Source: a virus
Taxonomy: Duplodnaviria > Heunggongvirae > Uroviricota > Caudoviricetes
Strand: one strand, 5' to 3'
IMG/VR virus record: IMGVR_UViG_3300033463_000016
Location: 125,995-170,934 of that record
DNA: 44,940 nucleotides
Numbering within the stretch: the stretch's first letter is position 1; every line of letters begins with the position of its first letter. This document shows positions 27,115 to 35,700 of the stretch, piece by piece. The notes under the pieces were generated by a model, which was given only the letters and a program-made list of their open reading frames with translations, made no database searches and was not told where the DNA came from. The position numbers and the translations under genes were made by a program.

Positions 27115-27273
27115 ATGCAAAAGATTGAACAATTTAAGGTTGCTGCCGGAGATGTAGCCACTCAAATTCAAGACTACTTAGATTCTAATGTCGGAAATAC
27201 TATTGTTTCTTTGATTACGGTACATAATCAAGGTGATGAAACAGTAATCGCCGTTATTGACGACGGAGAGTAG
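27115..27273 (+). CDS. Small acidic protein (52 aa, MQKIEQFKVAAGDVATQIQDYLDSN...)
   Basis: Hand translation; GAAAGGAG RBS; lies between the two repeats. Shorter than any ORF in the track. Confidence 0.75.
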   Translation: MQKIEQFKVAAGDVATQIQDYLDSNVGNTIVSLITVHNQGDETVIAVIDDGE

Positions 27274-27290
27274 TCTATTTTAGCCTACGT

Positions 27291-27383
27291 TGTGCTCTGT
27301 TGTGACTTTATATCGAAAACGTCAGTTTATATTACCAGAACATTCATTCGATATATGGCGATTCTGAGCAACCAGGACTATAC
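27291..27383. repeat. Imperfect palindromic repeat, copy 2
   Basis: Shares CTCTGT..GTGAC, TTTATA.CGAAAA.GT, CGATA, CTGAG and ACTATAC with copy 1; internal 9-bp inverted repeat TATATCGAA/TTCGATATA. Confidence 0.7.
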
Positions 27384-27441
27384 AGTTAAAGATAATAAAA
27401 GATTAGTTTTATCGTAACAAAAATTTGAAAGGAAGATGAAT

Positions 27442-27954
27442 ATGGAAAAGAAAGAGTATTTGGTCAAAGATACATTTGACATTGCAAATTATATGGGAGT
27501 AGTTAAACTGATTGCTGAAGGATTCTTTAGTGGCGGTGATTATACTCCACATTTCGGTAAGATCAATGCAATGAGGCTTTTTTACAATATTTGTGTTGTA
27601 GAAAGCCCACTTGATTTTGAAACTGAAATTATCACTGATACAGATATGAACGTTATCCTTGAAGATGAACGCTTTATGCCTGTTTTTGCGAAAGCATTAC
27701 ATACAAATAATGATTTTGAACTAACATTCGGAAACGCTTATAAGGATGCTATTGATATTGTAAATGTTAAGAAAGGCAGTTTGGGACAATTAACAGATTC
27801 TATTTTGGAGTTCTTGTCAGATTCACTCAACAGTCTTGGTAAAGCATTAAGCCCAGAGAACATCGGTCGTTGGGAAAGCATTGCAAAAGAATTTAAAGGT
27901 AACGATATGAAAATAGATAATATCATTAAATTGATAGGAGAACAGATAAAATAA
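27442..27954 (+). CDS. Hypothetical protein, possible tail assembly chaperone
   Basis: Helical, about 170 aa, upstream of the tape measure gene; positional inference. Confidence 0.45.
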   Translation: MEKKEYLVKDTFDIANYMGVVKLIAEGFFSGGDYTPHFGKINAMRLFYNICVVESPLDFETEIITDTDMNVILEDERFMPVFAKALHTNNDFELTFGNAYKDAIDIVNVKKGSLGQLTDSILEFLSDSLNSLGKALSPENIGRWESIAKEFKGNDMKIDNIIKLIGEQIK

Positions 27955-27964
27955 GGTGATATAT

Positions 27965-28387
27965 ATGGCTAATGGAGCAAATATCATTCGCCAAATGATA
28001 ATGAAAGATATGCGAAAAGCTATGAATGTCGTATCTGAAAAAGCATTGGCTGATTTGTACGAAGAAACAGGTGGTTTTTACACTGGTGGTGATCCTAAAG
28101 TGTACGAACGAACAGGCGCTTTAGGTGATACACCAAAAACAACCGCAATTACTTCAAGTGGTAAGACACTTTCTTTTGATGCTTATTTGGATCAGACATA
28201 TCAATATTCAACGGGTGATAATCCAAGTATGACACAAGTATTGGCTCTTGCAAACGATGGAACAGCTTGGGTTACAGCAAGCGGAGCAACAGCAAAGCCT
28301 ACCGTTGGTAGAGGTGGATTCTGGGACAGAGCGGAGGAAAAGATAGGTAAAGATTTCGAGAGTACATTTTCACAATTCTTTAATTGA
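27965..28387 (+). CDS. Hypothetical tail-module protein
   Basis: About 140 aa; AAGGTGA RBS. Confidence 0.6.
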   Translation: MANGANIIRQMIMKDMRKAMNVVSEKALADLYEETGGFYTGGDPKVYERTGALGDTPKTTAITSSGKTLSFDAYLDQTYQYSTGDNPSMTQVLALANDGTAWVTASGATAKPTVGRGGFWDRAEEKIGKDFESTFSQFFN

Positions 28388-28412
28388 ATCAGTTATGTAA
28401 GGAAGTGAATTA

Positions 28413-29477
28413 ATGGCTAAAAATGGTCGTTCTACAGTGTACAACGAAATAACGAGCGATGAGAAATTAAAGCAAGTGAATGCTGATAACCTACAATTAG
28501 AAGAAGATTTTTTAGAGTATTTATCTTCTGCTGATAAATCTCCCGGAACGATTAAACAATATAGAGCTAATCTACATATATTTTGGTGTTGGTGTTTTGA
28601 TTATACGAAAGACCCAAATACACAAAAAGATAAATTTTTTGTAGACTTGACTATGAGGGATGTAGTCAAGTTTCAGAATCACGCATTAAAGCAGTGGAAA
28701 TGGTCGCCAAAAAGGATCAGAACATTTAAGTCAACTTTGAGGTCATTAGGTAATTATATTGTAAAAATGCTTTATGATGAGTTTCCAAATTATCGTCGTA
28801 TTTGGAGTGAAATAGAATCTCCTGCTGACGAGCCTGTGCGTGAAAAGACAATAATGACAAAAGAAGAATTACAATCTTTATTGGATGCCCTTGTCGAGAA
28901 AAAACAATATCAAAAGGCTTGCCTTGTGGCTCTGGCTATGTATAGCGGAAAAAGAAAGGACGAGCTTACAAGATTCAAGGTTTCTTATTTTGACAAGGAG
29001 AACTTGATATTTGGTGGAAGTTTATACAAAACACCAGAGAAAATGAAAACTAAGGGTCGTGGTTCAAGAGGTAAAATGCTCGATGTTTATACATTGGCTA
29101 AACCATTTCAACCATATCTTGATTTGTGGTTAAATCAAAGAAAAGAACTTGGAATAGAAAGTGATTGGTTATTCCCGAAATATCAAGATGGGAAATGGCT
29201 CGATGAACATATTGCCACTTCAACCATTGATTCTTATGCAAGGACTTGTTCAAATATTACGGGCAAAAGTATTTATCCTCATATGTGGCGGCACTGGTAC
29301 ACATCATATTTGCTCGATCAAAACTTACCGGAAAATGTAGTGCAAGCACTTCAAGGCTGGGGATCGAGTGATATGGTTAGAATTTATGATGATAGGTCTA
29401 AAGAAGCTCAATTTGAGAAATACTTTGGTGCTGAAGGGATTAAACAAGTAGACCAAAAAGGATTAGAAGATTTTTAA
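28413..29477 (+). CDS. Tyrosine recombinase (phage integrase family)
   Basis: Catalytic set R (SGKRKDE), K (KTKG), HxxR (HMWRH), W (LQGW) and Y (VRIYD). Confidence 0.9.
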   Translation: MAKNGRSTVYNEITSDEKLKQVNADNLQLEEDFLEYLSSADKSPGTIKQYRANLHIFWCWCFDYTKDPNTQKDKFFVDLTMRDVVKFQNHALKQWKWSPKRIRTFKSTLRSLGNYIVKMLYDEFPNYRRIWSEIESPADEPVREKTIMTKEELQSLLDALVEKKQYQKACLVALAMYSGKRKDELTRFKVSYFDKENLIFGGSLYKTPEKMKTKGRGSRGKMLDVYTLAKPFQPYLDLWLNQRKELGIESDWLFPKYQDGKWLDEHIATSTIDSYARTCSNITGKSIYPHMWRHWYTSYLLDQNLPENVVQALQGWGSSDMVRIYDDRSKEAQFEKYFGAEGIKQVDQKGLEDF

Positions 29478-29482
29478 TTATT

Positions 29483-29510
29483 TCGCCTGAATAGGGCGAT
29501 TTTTATTTTT
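29483..29510 (+). terminator. Terminator-like hairpin after the recombinase gene
   Basis: TCGCC...GGCGA stem followed by TTTTTATTTTT. Confidence 0.55.
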
Positions 29511-29529
29511 GAAGAAAGGAGGTTGGTTT

Positions 29530-31779
29530 ATGTCTGAATATATTGCAACTGTTAAAGCGACGTTAGATGATTCTGATATAGGTGCGAAAATAAAAGCTAT
29601 AGAGGGCAAAAGTATTACATTAAGTAATTTTGTTGTTAATCCAAATAGTATAGCAAGTTCAATTCAAAACGCATTAAACTCTACTCGGTTTACAATTAAT
29701 AATATTGAAATACCAAATTTGAATATTGCAAGGACAATGCAAACGCAAGGGCGTGCAGCAGGACAGCAATTTTCTCAATCATTTAACAGCAGTATGGCAC
29801 AAGTATCAACAAGAGTCCATACTACTACGCAAGAAATACGTCAAATGCAACAAGTATTAGGTAGTATGAATTTAGGTCGTTCTTCAATAGACGCTGTTAC
29901 TCGTGATTTAGAAAGTTTGAATATTGCAATTAGTAGAATTACAACCAGAACAAGCGGAAATGCGCTTAATGTTAGAGTTAGTGGAATTGATGAACTTGGT
30001 AGAGCGGTAACTATTGTAAGAGAATTTGATTATGAATCAGGGCAAATTGTGAATGTAGGCAGAACAATATCTCAAACATTTGATACTGGCGCACAAGCGG
30101 CAAAAACTTTTGCTGATACTCTTGAACGTGCTAATACCGCTATGAGTAGCGGCGGGTTAGAGGCGTCAATTTCTGCTGTAAGAGCGCAGTATGAACAGTT
30201 AGGCAATACGGGTCACGAGAGATTAACTGTTATTGCCACTGATATTACAGAATTAACTACTCTGCAAAATCAAATGGCTAATAGCACGAGTGACGATACG
30301 CTTGTAGATTCGTACAATAGGTTTAATGAAGTATTACGCAGAGTTCAAAACAATTTAAAGGTTGTATCAAATTATACCAGAGAATTTGCAAGTGAAACAG
30401 AAGTTTTAACATTGCAGGGCAGAATTGAAACCTGGTTGCAAAACAATTCACGTGCGGCAAAAGCATATGGATCACAATTAACTGGCTACATTAATGCGTT
30501 AAGAAATATGAGTACAACAGGAAATCGCGCAAGAAGTCAGTTGAATCTAATAGCACAAGGTTTCAAGGAAGTTGATGCAGCCGCAACATCAGCAGGATTA
30601 AAAGGAAAAACTTTTGCTGATAAATTAAGCGGTGCGTTTTCAAGTATAACTCGTTATATTAGTTCTGCCACATTAATATACGCCGCGATTCGTGCAATTC
30701 GTTCCGGCATTACTACGGTTGTTGAATTAGATTCAGCTTTGGTTGATTTAAAGAAAACCACTGATGCTACAGCAGATCAATTGCGTGAGTTTTATTATTC
30801 ATCAAATGATATTGCCAAGCAGTTAGGTGTAACTACTAAAGATGTTATTCAATCTGCCGCAGAATGGTCACGTCTTGGTTATTCGATTAAAGATGCTGAA
30901 ACGATGGCAAAAACTTCTTCTATTTTTGCATCCATTTCACCTGGAATGGACATTGATAGAGCCACAGAAGGATTAGTTTCTACACTAAAGGCTTATGGCA
31001 TTGAAGCGGAAGATGCTCTTGACGGAGTAGTAAGTAAAATCAATGCGATCGGTAATTCACAAGCATTAAGTAATGCGGATATTGTTGAGTTCTTAACAAA
31101 ATCATCTGCCGCAATGAAAGAAGCCAACAACACATTAGAGCAAACTATTGCAATTGGAACTGCGGCTACGGAAATCACACAGGACGCATCTGCTGTAGGT
31201 AATGCTTTAAAAACGATTTCTATGCGTATCCGCGGGTATGACGAAGAAACAGAAGAATACGTTGGCGATATAGAAGTTCTTTCAGGAAAGATTGCCGACC
31301 TGACTAAAACTGCTAAAACACCAGGTGGAATTTCATTATTTACTGATGAAACTAAAACAACATATAAATCGACCTACGAATTATTAAAAGATATATCGGA
31401 AATATACGATGATCTTACCGATAAACAGCAGGCAGGATTATTGGAAGCCCTTGCGGGCAAGCGCCAGGGTCAAATTATTGCTTCAATTTTGAACAATTTT
31501 GGGGCTGTAGAAAAATCGCTTGCAACTATGCAAGACAGTGCTGGTAATGCAGCCGCTGAAATGGCTATTATTATGGATTCTTTAGAGTATAAGATTAACG
31601 CTCTAAAGGAAACAGCAGTTGGAATATGGCAAAATATATTCCATAGTGAATCATTTGGAACATTTATTGATTTTCTAACAAGAGTGTTAGGTCTAATTGA
31701 TTCATTAACCGAAAAAATAGGATTTTTTGGTACAGCATTAGCGACAATATCAATCGTTAAAGTGATAAAGAGCATATCT
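29530..31779 (+). CDS. Tape measure protein, exon 1 (750 aa; TP901-type TMP core)
   Basis: GAAAGGAGG RBS; VELDSAL.DLKKTT, EWSRLGYS, STLKAYG and ISMRIRG core motifs. The frame ends with TAA exactly at the predicted 5' splice site. Confidence 0.9.
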
Positions 31780-32183
31780 TAACCTAATAAATATGGTATT
31801 GACAGAGGATAGCGCAGATAAGAAAACACAAGATGGTCGTGTTGACAAGTCTGCGAGCATAAAGCTCTATAAATATTTTATGAGAAGTAAATGCTGGGAA
31901 ACTGGTTAAACCGATTATGCTACAACGTGATTGGAAACAATGAGCGTGAATGCCGCGAAAGCAGAAAAAAATAATCGGCTGGCACAAGGGAATACATACG
32001 CCTAAATGCCTTGCGTAAGCAGATAGGATAACATCAGCAGGACACCGACTTAAAAGCGGAATCCCCAGAGGCTACCCATTCTCTGAGTCATATCGCCTTA
32101 GTATATGGCTTATAAGGTATAGCCCAAATATGGAACTCAACTCCAAAAAGTGATACGCATATCAGCGTTGTTGAGAGATAAAC

Positions 32184-32206
32184 AAAGACCGCATAATGCG
32201 GTCTTT
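32184..32206 (-). terminator. Terminator hairpin ending the intron-borne antisense gene
   Basis: AAAGACCGC-ATAAT-GCGGTCTTT, 9-bp perfect stem, 10 nt past the cargo stop codon. Confidence 0.75.
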
Positions 32207-32216
32207 ATAAACATTA

Positions 32217-32651
32217 TTACGGTTTCCACGAGAAACCGCATTTGGCACAACGATTTACGGTTTTATTACTACCAATAAAACCAGTTACTATACTAAATCC
32301 ACGTTGACCTGTGGATATTTGATTTGAGCCGCAACGAGGGCATACCACAGGAGAATTAAATTGACTAAAATAATCTCTCAATTTTTCTTCCTGTTGACTA
32401 TAATATGTTTTTGCTGAAGGTTCGATTTTAACAGTACATCCCAACGATTTTAAGCGTTGGGAAATATTAAATGCTATCTCACTTGAAACACCATCGGCAA
32501 TGACTTTATAGGATGGATTATTTGGTTGAGGTAATGAAGCACCATTATTGGCAAATAATAAAAAGTTTGTGAACATATCGATTTGCATTCGGTTTTTTCT
32601 ATGTTGATGTTCACTTAAATATCCAGTAAGAGTAACCTTGAATAAATCCAT
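32217..32651 (-). CDS. Intron-borne cargo protein (144 aa): L7/L12-CTD-like segment plus C-terminal zinc ribbon
   Basis: AAAAGGAG RBS before the ATG at 32651; CPRCGS...GFIG...NRCAKCG zinc ribbon; no LAGLIDADG, GIY-YIG or HNH motif. Confidence 0.8.
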   Translation of the reverse strand: MDLFKVTLTGYLSEHQHRKNRMQIDMFTNFLLFANNGASLPQPNNPSYKVIADGVSSEIAFNISQRLKSLGCTVKIEPSAKTYYSQQEEKLRDYFSQFNSPVVCPRCGSNQISTGQRGFSIVTGFIGSNKTVNRCAKCGFSWKP

Positions 32652-32671
32652 AGCAATTCTCCTTTTCTTAT

Positions 32672-32700
32672 ACTTTATCATTTTTGTATAAGAGAGTCAA
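32672..32700 (-). promoter_or_regulatory. Sigma-A promoter for the cargo gene, inside the last 35 nt of the intron
   Basis: Minus strand reads TTGACT-17 bp-TAAAGT with a TGn extension. Confidence 0.65.
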
Positions 32701-32704
32701 TATG

Positions 32705-35700
32705 TCTGTCTTAAAATCAGGAGAATATCTCGCTATGGCGGCAAACCTGACTAATTTGCAGAAAGTATTATTTACACTTACTTCTGCATTTCCAAATCTC
32801 GGAGCGGCAATCACAACGGTGATTGCCACCTTACGAAATGGTGAAGGAGCCGCAGTAGCATTCAAGGTAGCATTGCAAGGACTTGTTAATGTTATTAAAG
32901 CTCATCCATATCTTCTTGTGGCGGCAGCGGTCGTTGCACTTACAGTTGCTATGGTTAAATTGGCTGGAGCTGCCAAAGAAGCATCAAAAGCCGCAGACGA
33001 ATTAAAGCGTTCTTCAATGGAGGAAGCATCAAAAGCCAGAGAAGAAGTTAATACATTAAATCAATTAATTGCAAAATATAAAGAACTTGCAGAAAGCGAC
33101 ACGCAAGATGTAAATACAAGAGAAGAAATTGCAAGTGTTCAGAGTGATATTACAGATTTGGTAGGAGCGCAAGCAGACAATCTTGATTTAGTTAATGGTA
33201 AACTTGATGAAGAAATTGCAAAATTAAACCAAATCAGAAAAGAAGAAGCTGATAAAGCAGTTGCGTCATCCGTAAGTGCATATCACACCGCCAAAGACTC
33301 ACACGATAAGGCAATGGGTGAGTATTCTGCCTTAATGTTTAATGGATACGCATATGTTAGCGATGAATGGTGGCAGAATGAGGATGATCTAATTGACCTA
33401 TTAAGAGATAATGGTTTTACCAATGTTTCAACAGGTGGACTCTTTAATTCTCATACATTTATTACTGACCAAGAGGACGAAAATAATCGTCGTCTTGAAG
33501 GGGCAACTGAAAAAGCTGAATTTTTAAGCAGAATGATTGATGTTATCAAACAGCAATATTCTGATTATGCTTCAAGCGATATATATAATGCTCTTGTTAA
33601 GCAAAGGGACGCATATCTTAAATATGGTAGTGATATGAAGAAAGCGGCTCAAGATCTTGCCGATGCTGAAATAATAGCTAAATCTTATGATGGAGAATTA
33701 GGCAATATTGATGTGAAATCTCTGGAAGATTATGAGCAATACAGAGATAAACTTATTGAATTAGTATCTAATAGTCTTGACTTAAAAGAAGCCTTAGATA
33801 ATGGTGATTTAACAACAGAGGATATTATTGGTAGGGTAGATACTTATTTAGGCACAATGCCGGTATTTTCTGAATATTTTAATCAGTTTTCAAAACTGGA
33901 ACAACATAAAGAAAAGATAAAAGCAATCAAGGATGCTTTTAATAGTTCGGATTGGCTAAAGAGTATTGATAGTATTACTGCACGTCGTGAAAGAGATTCA
34001 TTCACAGAATGGATTGATAGTCTACCGGACGATGCCGTAGACATTGTTTATAAAATATCCTGCGAAACCGATACTGCAAAATATAATTTACAAGATTGGA
34101 AAGATGCTCTTGCAAATTATGATGTTGTAGCAAATTTAACAGCAGATGATATAAAGAAAAAATGGGAAAATTCTGTATCAGAAACAAATAAAGCCATCTC
34201 AAATATTGGTTCTGTTCAAGAGATATTATCATCACAAAAGTCAGGAGTATCAATTTCAATTGATGACTTTAATTCTGATAGTTTAAAGGATTACCGAACT
34301 GCTCTTGAATATGTTAATGGAACAATGCAGTTAAATGCTGATAAGGTTAATGAAATTATTCAGGCAAAAACAGATGAGCAAATAGCTGTAAATAACACTA
34401 ATAAGGCATTAGCTCAGGCAAAATATTTAGATAACGCCAAGCAAATAGAGCAGTATCGTAAACAATTACGAGAATCTAATAACTTAACAGATACACAGAA
34501 ATCTAAAATACAATCAAATATTGATGCTTTACTCAAAGAAAATAGCACACTTGCTACAACGTGTTCTCAATATGATCTTTTATCTGCATCATTAAGAGAA
34601 GCCACAGGAGCCTATCAACATTGGTTAAATGCTCAGAGTAGTTCCGATTATGGCGATATGGCAAATGACGCCGTTAGTGCTATTCAACGTATCAGAGATA
34701 CATACGATAGTGAATCTGATATATTTGGTAATTTTGGCTCAAAGAAATTCGATGCCGCTGTTGATTTCATTGTTCCAGATAGTGTTGATCCAAATGATTT
34801 AGACGCCATAGAATCCTATATGGCTGATTTCCAAAAATATTTAACATTTGATGATAATGGAAAAGCTGATGGATTAAACATTGATAAGTTTTTATCTGAT
34901 TCTGTTGAAGCTGGATTGATGTCTTACAGCGAAGATGATGGCTTTAAGATTCTTGGTGGCAAGAAAATGGAAGATTTTGCCGAAGGTCTAAACCTTTCAT
35001 CGGGAGTTGTTCAGGCATTTTTTGACGAACTTCAATTAAAGGGTGGAGAATTTGATTGGAGCGATGAAGCGGTCAAGACAATCGGTGATTTAGCAATTGA
35101 AGCAAATGAAGCGGCAGAAGCATTAAGAAAGATTTATGGTAATAGTGACCTAAAAATCAAAATGGATGTTTCTGATTTAGAAACCACAGAAGAACAGGTT
35201 GCGGCGCTTGATGCCACGATAGCAGAAATGGATGGCATTAAGGCAAAACCTGGTGTTGATTCATCAGAAATTGATAATGCTAACGCGGTCATTCAATATT
35301 GCTTGATGCAAAAACAATTATTGACACAACCAGATGTAATGCGTGTCGATACATCGAAGGTTGAAGGCGATATTGGTAATGCAATCGCTTTATTACAAGA
35401 TTTTCAAAAAGCACAGAATGATTTAGAAATCAAGCAAAAAATAGGTGCTGATACGACAGATGCGAAAAATGAAATAACATCATTAACAACTCAAATACAG
35501 AATCTATCCCCTGATATTAAGGCAAAATTAGAATTAGATTCCACATCTACCGAGTCAATAAAAACATCAATATCTTCTTTGACTGCCGAAACAATTAATG
35601 TTAAGGCGGAAGTTGATGCAAGTGCAATTTCCGGTTATACACCAGAAACGAAACAGTGTGATGTAATTTATAATCCGAAAACTGATTTATTGCCTAAATC

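Larger units (their letters stand above)
31780..32704 (+). mobile_element. Group I self-splicing intron (925 nt) in the tape measure gene, carrying an antisense cargo gene
   Basis: P AATGCTGGGAAAC (31890); Q CATCAGCAGG; P4 TGCTG/CAGCA; P7 G(A)GGCTA/TAGCCC (32068-74, 32120-25); P3 GAGAA/TTCTC; 10-bp P8. P1: TATCT/GGATA with U.G at the splice site. P10: TCTGTC/GACAGA. Terminal G at 32704. Removal restores the reading frame. Confidence 0.88.

Noticed and set aside
31784-31987. 67-aa minus-strand ORF
   Set aside because: It lies over the structured intron core and has no RBS.
31780-32704. Frameshift, readthrough or assembly error as the cause of the TMP split
   Set aside because: The 925-nt gap contains a coherent ribozyme core whose P1 and P10 match both exon ends, plus a complete antisense gene, which an error would not produce.
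32668-32865. 65-aa minus-strand ORF, and the TTG start at 32684 for the second TMP ORF
   Set aside because: The ORF is antisense to TMP exon 2. The TTG lies within the cargo promoter and intron end, with no RBS; splicing at 32705 explains the frame better.
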